A DNA stretch of 63,891 nucleotides, counting the filler, from Collodictyon triciliatum (taxonomy: Eukaryota), in assembly GCA_043381765.1 (NCBI GenBank). It is 5 parts of 5 records of this genome, joined end to end, with 100 filler letters (N's around TTAATTAATTAA, not from the genome) between each part and the next. Parts side by side here need not be neighbours in the genome. Positions count along the whole stretch, not along the records: positions 51,206 to 63,891 come from JBHJMP010002120.1; 4 more parts are not named here. One strand, written 5' to 3'. The position numbers were made by a program, and so were the translations under genes. Positions 53,517 to 63,891 of the stretch are shown in pieces. The notes beneath the pieces were generated by a model. That model did not search any database. It saw nothing but the letters and a program-made list of their open reading frames with translations, and had not been told where the DNA came from. Within the stretch, counting starts at the first letter, position 1, and the number at the start of each line of letters is the position of its first letter.

Positions 53517-54753
53517 TTAAAAATGAGGAGTCGGTGGTGATTGGGCCAGCGCGATATTTTGGTGCACGTTTTCTAGGTATATTGTTTCATGACAGATATT
53601 GCACTTACGAGTGTGATCGGCTGCGATCGCGTTGTTGGGTCTGTTTCTCCCTCGCATCATACGAGAACCGCCTCCGAAAGCTCTGCACTCGGGCACAGTG
53701 ACTGTGAGCGTTCTGAGGCCATCATCGCTCAAGCCCTTCAACTTAGGAGCGGATAGGTGGCATGTCGGAGTCAAGTGACTGACCGACCAGAAAGGGGCCA
53801 GGGGCAGTTCGAGTACCCATTCCTCACATGCAATCGACACAACAAGTTGGAGTGCGTGATCGGCAGTCATCTTATGGGTCTTGATACAGAAACTTGAATT
53901 TGAGAACACAACAACAAATGGGCTGGATTGATATATCCCGGGCTTAGTGGCACAGAGTCCGATGTCCTATAAGTTGTGATTGACTTGCATGGATCATTTG
54001 TCTAAGGTATTCTTTGAAATATATATTTGCCAATGTATTACCCAATAGCATAGATTATCAAGGATTGTGAAGAGAGTTACCGTCACAGCCTCTCCACCAG
54101 ACATAAGCCCCAGTGGTAAGAGTACCCCACCACAATACAGATTCAGTGACACCCGGAATTGAAGTCCAACCGGGAGTTCAACTCGCACAATTATATTATC
54201 GTAGCTTTTCTTCTTCAAAATGGAATACGGCTTCGGGAAAAGAGGAAGAAATTCATATCCCCCCGCCCCGGTCTGCCTGTTCACGTACAGTACTTTTTCT
54301 TCCCGCTTGTTATTTAAGAGCTCGCAATGTACTTTGACCCGAGATAACCTAAGAGTTGTGTGGGTTTGGCTATTCAGTATAGTCGCGGCAAAACAAGTCA
54401 CGCAATTGCCCCAGTAACCTTATCAAATAAAAAAGGATGGGTTCACAGTACCACCAAGTAAGTTCTAGTGTCGATGGACTGGGTCCCAGTGGTATTTGCG
54501 GCTCAAGGTCCGTCCTCAGTGATTCTCCTGCCAGACTGGGCTGCAACTCTCCTTGGCTCGTGATCGGCTCCTCGCACTCAATCGGCTGTTCAGCTGGGTC
54601 CGAGGCGAGTGTGTTTGGTGTTCTGGCATCGTGGTCCCGATCGGAGCGATCAGTGAATGGAAAGTGCTCTTGGAGGCCCGTAAAGTTCCCGTCGAAATAT
54701 AGATCTATCTCTCCCAGGACGTCGCCGTTTAAAGAGTCGTTTAGAAAGGACAT
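53517..54753 (-). CDS. Uncharacterised protein with acidic N-terminus; apparent paralog of the gene at 48437-50205
   Basis: Exons at about 54753-54452, 54348-54081, 53966-53606 and a short last exon join in frame at GT-AG sites. The 3' end is uncertain. Confidence 0.7.
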
Positions 54754-55675
54754 GGAAGCTTCCTGTGGCCAAGATCAAAGTATGTGGGATCAGAAGGACA
54801 CTTTGACAGAGAACAAGACAGCTCTGCGACTTTGCAAATGCCTGTCAGATCAGGTGCACAAGGCGAGAGGAGGAGCGAGTGCCTTGCTCAGACAGCTGCA
54901 GCGACTCACCACCTCTTTCCCAGATGCAAAATAGTCATATCTTTTGCGCCTTGTGATTCATTCTGGGCTGGTTGACGTGACAGGTCAAAGACACTTACGT
55001 TTGGTGTGCGGCTCTCGGCGTGTTTTCGCGGGGTGGCGGGTCGCTTGTGGGTAGGCGATTCTTTGGCAGGTTTCCTGGTGAAATGTAAGGCGTGGATTGC
55101 AAAGGTGAGGTGTCGTTCAGAATTTATACCCGAGAAACGCGCCCGTGCCACAGTATATGTCAACTATCTATTATTGGAATAGTCTTCTGTTTGTATTGTG
55201 GGTCTGGATTCTACTTCATAAACCCGGTGTGTTTTGTTGTGGTCATTTTCTATATTTGGAAAACAGCAAAACGAACATCGAACTTCATTCACACAGCGAA
55301 TGCGGAATATAACTAGGGATAGTGAGTTCCTCGTATTAATTGTGTGGGAAGCAACGCCTTAAATTTGAATATCAATATACTGGAAAATAATTACAATTAT
55401 AAATATATGTATCGTAGCTTATATTTGAAATCATAAAACTTAATTATTTTAAAATTCCACATATGTGTAAGAATATGACAGCGCAAGAACCCAAAGCGCG
55501 GGCTTCCGAGGGTGGCTTGGTGTCCAATATTGTTTTCCGAATATTTTGTTCGGTTTTGATTTTTTTTGCCTTATCTACAGCTGCCAGGATTATTTTGCAC
55601 AAGAGTCTCCTCAAAAAGCCCCGACATTTTCGTTGACAAATTGAACATAATCGAGTGGAATCGTATCATCTACTT

Positions 55676-56161
55676 ATTTTTTTTTTTTTTTATTCTCCCT
55701 TTCAATTTTGTGCGAGGTGGTGCAGATGTTTGCTTAGGTTCGCTGGCCATCGTTTGCATGGACGTTACTTGTTGGCCGAGTGGTGGTGGAGAAGTAGTCG
55801 GTAATCAGGAATTGCATCATGCAGTTTGGCCTGTAGCCTGGGTCTTGTGCTTGCATGAGAAAGACAAGGCGAGGTTGAATCTCTTTCTCAGCCTCTTCCC
55901 ACATGTCTCTTCTCACAGGGTCTGAGTAATAGAGGGCGTGCAGGTGGCGAAGGAAGATGTTGAGAAAAGGATTTGTATGATGTCATCCAGCCTATTATCA
56001 GGAATGGGTGGCTGGTTATTGGGTCTTACTTTGCGTGAGTATATGCGCGCTATCCATATAGTTCATAGCAAATGGCCTCGCGTCACTGCCCAGAGTGTTT
56101 TTGCATCTGGGCGCAGCTGTCGCAGAGGGCCAAATATCGCCTGGATTGGGTCAACAGCCGC
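55676..56161 (-). mobile_element. 5'-truncated LINE (non-LTR) insertion with poly(A) tail and 14-bp target-site duplication
   Basis: Direct repeat CGTATCATCTACTT at 55662-55675 and 56162-56175. The T-run at about 55677-55692 is poly(A) on the minus strand, preceded by AATAAA. The minus strand encodes QAIFGPL...KTLWAVTRGHLL*TIWIARIYS, resembling the L1-clade ORF2 C-terminal W.......W.IW..RN motif. Confidence 0.85.
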
Positions 56162-56579
56162 CGTATCATCTACTTCTATATTTTATGGTTTCCAATATTC
56201 TACCTGAACCACCATTTGTATGATGTAATAGATATAGATCGCCATGTACCTTTCATAACTCCATTAGCCAATTCTACTCGCGTCTGCCCGCTTCCACGCG
56301 CAATTTTCGCGCTGCTTGTATGACTTAACCCTCTTGCCCTTTGAATCGAATAAACGAAAAAAAAAGGAAAAAAAAAAACAACCTCTTCCATAACTCCTGC
56401 GTTACACAATTGAAAAAGAATGAAGAAATGAACGAATGATTTCAAAACATTTTTTTTTAAAAAAAAAACTGCTCTCCTTCTTAACCCACACATATGGAAA
56501 ACTATAAATAGATGTCCTTTTATTTAATTTACTCTGAAAATTTGCAATAAAAACTTTTAGGTTTGGCTCGTATTGTAAA

Positions 56580-59500
56580 TCAGGGATCTATAATAAGCTC
56601 TTCAAAATCGGTAGAATTTTTTTCAGCGGTTTGTTCTTCCTCTTGAAACCATTCTATATGGCCTAAAAAAAACTTCCAAGGATTGTGTTTCTTACCAACC
56701 TGATATATGTTCATAACACAGTCTCTTGTCTGATAAGAAGTAGGATTGAAAAATTCAAACAAAGTATTCTTGTGCATCACAGCTTGTATGTTGCTTGTCA
56801 CCTTTCCATTATATAAAAAAGTGCTATTTAGCATTATATGCAATACTTACCATAAGAGAAACCATGAGAGTATAATACATTCGACGAAGAAAATGACGAA
56901 TTTTTTACATGGATTAGTGAGTCAGGTACGCAACCAACAAGCGATGCAGTGGATGAAACTTTAAGGAGGCGGAGCACAAACAAACAAACAAACAAACAAA
57001 CAAACAAACAAACAAACAAACAAACAAACAAACAAACAAACAAACAAACAAACAAACAAACAAACAAACAAACAGCATATTAGTTATAAATTGAATCAGG
57101 TGAAGTTCTGAATTATGTAATCCAACCTGGAGGACCGTAGCAATCAAATATAAACGTCTTATCTTTTGAAACTACAATGGAAAATTTTGTATTGAAGTTA
57201 TTCAGTAAAGTGCAATAAGATAATTTACGGATTTCATCACTTCAAAGTATTTCATTTTGCTCTCTAGACACATCATTTCATGTTTTTCACTTCATTCTGA
57301 ATTATATCCATATTTCACTTAAAATACGGTATTTAAAAGGATAGAATGCAATAATGTACCTATCAAACCATATGAAACATTACCAACGTCGATACATATT
57401 TTTGATTTGGGAATCTGATTGTCTGACCCCACCACAATTTTTGAAAGATATGAATCGGCCTTACAAAATTGGGATTAATACACCTCTTGTACATTCAAAA
57501 ACAAAGATGTTGTGATGTAAATTATTCATTCAACGCTGGCATACATCAATATTACATTAATTTATTTTTTTTAGTTTTAATGACGAATAAAATATTTTAT
57601 TCAATAAAAATATTACCTCTATACTAAAGGAAAGGGCCCTTTGTATATGCTTTGGTCCTGAAGAATCCTCTTGTGAGTGTTGCTTTATTTGTGCTTGAGG
57701 TTTCGATAATATCTAATTTAAGGGGGTTAATGAAGGAAAAGATACAGCTTTAATGAAAGAGTTCATTAGTAGTTCAAGTATAGCCCAAACAGGATATGGT
57801 CGTATGCAGGGTGATGTACCATCACTGTTGTTCCCATAATTTTGATGAGTTCGAGTTGGTGTTTTTTGCACATGCCCTCTAAGTAACTTAAGTGGGCTAT
57901 ATATAATTTCAAAAAAAAAATTATTTCAGATGATAGAAACGCGTAAACTCCCATAAATTTATACGAAAAAAATTGTAATGATTATATTCAGTATTTTGTG
58001 AGCGTGTGTGCCAGCATGTGGGGATGGGAGGGACCCCCAGTCTATTATATATTAATCGAGTGCAAGAATGAAATTGTAAATGACACATATGTTAGAGTAA
58101 ATATACGATTTGAATCTCACATGATATTATTTCACAGCAATGGTCCATATCTTTATCCATTAAGCTAGCCGGATATTTTACATGTATAGTGATAATAGCA
58201 GCCATTTTTAAGGACATAATGGTGTGGTATCTATTGATCTTAATGTTGCGGTAGAGCTCATTCGACAACACAGATATGAGAGCCGATTCCGATCTTGTAT
58301 TCTCATCAATCATTTCTTCTATTTTCTATGTAATTCATATAATTATAGATAAATCATCGTTATCCTATTACTTTGCATGGTTCTCTTGTCTTTTTTTTTT
58401 TTAATTTTTAAGGCCAAGTATATCCACCGAGATTCATATATATGTATCTAAGAGTATTACCCTTTTTAACAGTTTTCTAATTAAAAAATCATTTCGTTCG
58501 GATAAATCTCTGGTTATTGAAAAAATATAGAATAATAGAAATGGAATCACAGTCCACACGATAGTCTGCTGAACTGGATATCGCACTTGAAACCTAAATG
58601 TCAGTTTTTTTTTAAAAAAAAAATTCTTACTCTGAAAGGCCCCAATAAAAGAATGTAGATATAATAGGATGTGATAAAGAGCGCAAACAATTTAACATTC
58701 TCACTCTATGTATGATTTATTTTTTTTTTTATTAAAGCCACATAAAAATTTTGTTTCTTACCCCATTTCTAGTGAATATGTGAAAAATAAAGCCACAGAA
58801 CTGGTGAATATGATTGATACGATATACAGAAAGTGAACTGGAGCAATGGCCACATTTGATAGACAATACATGCCAAGTTCATAAAGTTCTGGATACATCA
58901 CTGATGTATGATTCCATCGAAATTCACAGAAAGGACCAAACATTCTGAAAATATAGAACAAGCGCCACATGGAAAATCCGAAATACAATCCACTCAATGC
59001 CAATGGGATATGCCATGTAGAAACAATCTTGGCAGGTTTCGATGATACCGGAAACGCTTTGAATGACAAACAAATAAGAATAGATATTGGCAAGACAATC
59101 ATGAATCGGCAGAAACTGTAGTAATAATCCAAGCTGGTGGCTTCAGTGCATATTTCTTGCAGAATTGAAATATCTGCGATGCCAAATATGACGATACATA
59201 TGGTCAGTGCAATCATTTGGACCCTACATGTGTTTTTAGTAAAAAGATATCAGCGAACTTATCTATTGAAATGGTATATACTACATATATTATTCAAAAA
59301 CATTTTGATTTGTAAATAGAATTAATCATACATAGCAATCGAATGATTTCCTTCGGTTCTGAGTGAGTTCTGATACTCTTCTTCCAATTCTTTTCCTTTA
59401 AAGGTAAGGTTACCAAGTATTCCGAGTATTCTGTTTTTTTTCGTTGCAGGAAAATAGGGGCTTGTGTCTGCTGTGTCATCCTAGAGACAAAGACAAGGTA

Positions 59501-61106
59501 TATGTTTTTAACTAAGATTTGTATTAGCATATAAAAACATACATAATCATTGCATTTTTTTTTAAAAAAAAAGATAAATGAATATTTTTAGATATTTCAT
59601 TCACTAAATATGTATATTTGCTCGAAGCTGAGTCTATCGCATCAGAGTAAGGCTCTGGAGGTAGTTTCATGAGATTTGCCGTGGTCCCACTTTCCGTCAT
59701 GACATATTTCCACATACTCGATTTTTTGTTTGTGGTTTTTTTCACGAAGCAATAAAGTGTCTCCTATTTTCATTCAGTCTGTTTATGTAACCTTTCGGAG
59801 CAGTATGAATACATTAGAGATTAAACATTACTGAATTGGAGATATTTTTATTAGCACCCTCCTTTGTATTGTCGTCGACAACTATTTCTCCAGGATTTGC
59901 ACATTTTACAGCGATTCCGGATAACTCCACAGCTTTGATGAAATGAATGTGAATATGAATATTGTTTCTAAATAAAATGGGGGGGGTAAGATCATACCAT
60001 CTCCAAAAATATCAAAGCACGATTTGGTCAACTGTATTACTACTCCTACTAGCGGGCCACTTCCAATTCCGATGCATATGTCGATCTTTTATATATAATT
60101 AAATAAGGATAAAGGAAAAATATGATAAAATTAGGGTCATTTAAATGATACCATATATTTCAGGACAAGACAAGGGATAAAAGCGAAAAAAGGATAAAAG
60201 GATAAGAAGGAAAAGAAAAATCATACTGTTTTGAATCCCATCTGTTTACAAAAACAAATTATTTCTTGTCCTAAATCAGTCATACCGGCAACATTTTCAC
60301 CAAATAAACCGCTTACACCCTATTCATTCAAAGTAAGAACTAATTGATATTGAAGATGGTATCACTGTTGCTCTCGCGAATGATTACCATCAATTGCAGT
60401 CCTACAATTTTAAAATAAAATTCGATAAGCGTATATTGCTACGATCCAAAACCATATTTTTGATGAAATTTACCTAATGAATTGACTTTATGTATCCCAT
60501 GACTTCATAGTCCACATATATGAGAAAATGTAATTAATTAAAATTAAACTAATCAATCACATGTGAATAAATAATGTAATTAACCAGACCAACCTTTTGA
60601 ATAAGTTAATTGTTCTCCTAGTTAAAAATTACAGTTATTTATTTCACCTCAAATTCAGCAAGGATTTTATTTTCTACATGACATATATTCTACTCACAAA
60701 AGTGCAGTCTCTATTTCGTTATTCATTAAAATGAAATGTTTCGATGATTTCCTCAACACGATCTCCACCCTTATGACAGCACAAAAGGAACTTGCAAAAC
60801 GTGGACAATCTTCATTTCTCAAAACAACTGCACTCATAACTGGTCTGTATTCGTAAAAAGAAAAGAAAAAGAGTGGAAAAAATTTAAGAATTATATATAT
60901 ATAATGATAAACAAATAAATAAAATATCATATGATTCGCATATATTTGTAAATTAATTGTTAAGTATTGCCTTGGATATAGATTCGACAATATGTTTTGG
61001 GTTTGCTTCTTGACATGTTCGATTCTCTTATTAATCCATTTCATGTTACTCGTCGAGTAAAACGACCTTGAATATTTACATACTTAGATAAACTAGTGGA
61101 AGTCAA

Positions 61107-61149
<43 letters not shown>

Positions 61150-62503
61150 GCAAAGCATCGATACCAGTATATCTGAGAGAATATCTAACAACATATTAAT
61201 AAGGGCTTACTGCATTCTTTGAATTTCAATTCTTTTGAGCAGCGCCATAAAAATTATTGTGTTAGTTACCAAGGGCCCATAGCAGCGAAGAATTACCCAA
61301 TAATCAGTTTTTGTCGCCAAGAGTAATGCAAAGCACATGATATTTGCGTATAACGTTATTGCTATCTTCGCATGATAACTTCCTGGAATAGAAATAAGGA
61401 TTCCCTGTGTGATATTTAGTAAAAGGGTGAGTTTTTCTTTGAAAAAAAAATGTGACAAAATGAAAAATCAACGAGATTGAACTACATACCCCAATCACTA
61501 TTTCGATGTCTGTAAGATTTCGATCAGCAATTTGAAGTGGGATGACCAAGGCAAATACTGTAATCATAAGGACACCGAACGAATTGACTAGGATTTGAAA
61601 AGTGCTAGCAAAAGAATAAAAATAAATAAAAAAATGACTGAATGAAAAATAAATTTGTGACATTTCAGAGATTTCACAAGAAAGTACAAATCACCGATGA
61701 GCTGATTTACTTAGACAACTAACTTAGCAATTGCATTTGTTTGTATGCCTTTCTGTGTTTTTGATTTGATCACTTGGAACCCAACGGCGTGTAAGATACA
61801 GGCTATTGTCAAAATACCAAATAGAAGAGAGGTCATAGGCGACTGCAAGCTTTAATGGGAGAAAAATGTGATGTGATGCGGCCCATTAGTAATTTAGAGC
61901 ATTCATGTCTTTTGAACATTTCTCGTTTATTTGTGTGAATTAATTGATTAGAGTTTAGAGAAATAGAGGCATAATAGAAGCTTACTAGGCCACAACTTCG
62001 ATCATTGCGTAAATCATACCAACGATCGATAAGTAAAAAAGGACCTTGCTGTAATTTTTAGTGATATGGATATAATATGCTTCTTCCAAACCTCTGTTTT
62101 CGAATCTTTTGAAGAGTAGCATAGTTAGAAATACATAAGGTTTCCAAAAAAAAAAAAAAAAAACGGGAGTGATATGTGCCTCTGTAACAGGAATGTGCTT
62201 TGTTTATAGCAACCTCAGAGTCTTGGGGTCGATAGAGAACACGGGAAAAGTTCCATCTAGTTCTTCGTTGCCTCCGTGCCCAGCAAAAAAAATGGACTGG
62301 TCGGATATGCGCTTCATGTAGGCGGAGCATTCATCCTCAATACTCGTCATCGTGCCAACCCCACTAAAGCTCTTGTCGTTGACAGAGCAAATGTCATGCT
62401 TGAAGGCTTTTACTTTGAGTCGCAGAAACTGTCCGTGCCTCTTCGTAGTGGGGTAGAATATCTGATGAGATGCTGCGGCGAACCCCGCGCTTTTATCTTT
62501 CAT
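56580..62503 (-). CDS. Membrane adenylyl/guanylyl cyclase-like protein (TM-C1-TM-C2), catalytic motifs degenerate
   Basis: Two hydrophobic exon clusters (about 62130-61215 and 59220-58460) are each followed by class III cyclase-like segments: HGIHKVNSLG and IDICIGIGSGPLVGVVIQLTKSCFDIFGD|AVELS in C1; MCKKHQLELIKIMGTT and KTFIFDCYGPP|VSSTASL in C2. Many small exons, so the model is approximate. Confidence 0.72.
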
Positions 62504-63724
62504 CCAATCCTACGAAAATATCCGACTCCTAGATGGTTTATATATGTATATATGTTTTGATGAGTGAGTTGGCTTTCTAAAGTATGTGCCAGAGATTTCT
62601 TTTTTTTTTCTTTCTACTTCATCGCCCGAAACTAACGTGAATCAACTGGTAAAAAACGCACGCCAGTGTGGATCCTCGTAACCAGCTAGCGGTTAGTTAT
62701 CATAGTCCTTCTTTTCTGTGGTGACAAAGAGAGAGCGCGGAATAGAAAGAGGAGCAGGAGAAGGAGCCCAGGAATCTTTGCTCGTGTCAAGGAAATCTCC
62801 GGCGTTGCTGGGGTTGCGGTGACCGTAACAGAACGGCTTGGGCTCGTATTTTTGAAATGAAATGAACAAATGTTAAAAAAATAAAGTCAACTACTGAAAT
62901 AAGAAAACGTTGGGTGCGTTCTGTGGGGTTCATAAAAATTACTGCATTTGGCTGAAATAAATATACATATGTGGCATTTACAATATATAATATTATAAAA
63001 CATTAATTATGGACATTTTTTTAAGAAATAATATATATTATATTATATAAATACAGTTTCCATATCTTTTTTAGACAAAAATCACACGCCTGATTTTTTT
63101 CAATGAATTATCTTCTTGAGGTTGGAGATTCACAAATAATTCGCCTGGTCTCCCTCTGCAATCAGAAGCCTCTTACCGTTTGGTCAATACTTCTAGTGTC
63201 CTACAAGCACGTCGGCTCCGAGCAATCAGGCCCTCAACCAAACCTTAATCTACGTAAGTCTCTCCCCTTCTCGCACTATGCATAACCCAAAAGGCCAGTG
63301 GAGAGAGTACACCAATTTTCACGGGAGAAGCATTTGCCAGAGTGTTCGTAGCCAAACAGGGGGCAGCCTGAAGTCTGTCACACTGGAGTAGTGTGAAACA
63401 GACCAAGTGTTTTAGGATTTTTCGAGTATCACGAATATCAGGTGACCAAAACGATACAGTATCGTGTCTAACGGCACCAGCTTGAAATCCGCAGAAAAAT
63501 CCCTAAAGAACAAAATTATGGCCAAATAGCTCCAAATTCTACCTCGATCCGTGCCACTCAATTTTTCCGACCCCAATCCCAGCGATCCATTAAATCCCCT
63601 CGCTTGCAAACTCTCCACCTCCTGTCTGATAGTGGCCATTACTGATCGCTTTTGAACCTCGAGGCTTTCCTTTACTAACGCAACACACTTCAATATATCT
63701 TCTTGCTGCGCCTCTCCCTACAGG

Positions 63725-63891
63725 ATGAGTCTTCGTAACCGTAAGCTCTTTTTTTTTTTTATTAAACTTTGAATTCTTACACCTCACCTCCCCTCACATC
63801 AACTCACTGATCCTGCACCATTGCCACAAAGACAGCAAAACCGCCAAGCCTCCTCGCCGCCCCTACGAGAAGGAGCGCCTTGACAACGAAC
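63725..63891 (+). CDS. RPS9: 40S ribosomal protein S9 (uS4), 5' part
   Basis: Exon 63725-63740, intron 63741-63831 and exon 63832-end give MSLRNHSKTAKPPRRPYEKERLDNE. Confidence 0.93.

Overview
Eukaryotic, intron-rich, AT-rich protist-like DNA with many microsatellites. The organism cannot be named from sequence alone; an amoebozoan-like lineage is only a guess. The window is not one locus. It is five unrelated scaffolds of descending length (12712, 12705, 12698, 12690, 12686 bp) joined by an artificial N44-TTAATTAATTAA-N44 spacer. Scaffold 1: 3' part of a TPR-array gene with one 42-aa repeat per 126-bp exon, a MYND zinc-finger gene and an ankyrin gene. Scaffold 2: a WD40/coiled-coil gene, WDR3/UTP12 and an L1-like LINE fragment. 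Scaffold 3: a large LRR/Cys-rich/multi-TM receptor-like gene with nine consecutive 69-bp one-LRR exons, a class IV aminotransferase-like gene and the last exon of TMCO1. Scaffold 4: polo-like kinase, a decayed intronless Fanzor1-type (eukaryotic TnpB-like) ORF flanked on both sides by structured non-coding segments, and an unknown gene. Scaffold 5: 5' part of Xaa-Pro aminopeptidase, an apparent paralog of that unknown gene, a 5'-truncated LINE with poly(A) and a 14-bp target-site duplication, a degenerate membrane adenylyl-cyclase-like gene and the start of RPS9. Exon models were spliced by eye and boundaries are approximate unless stated.
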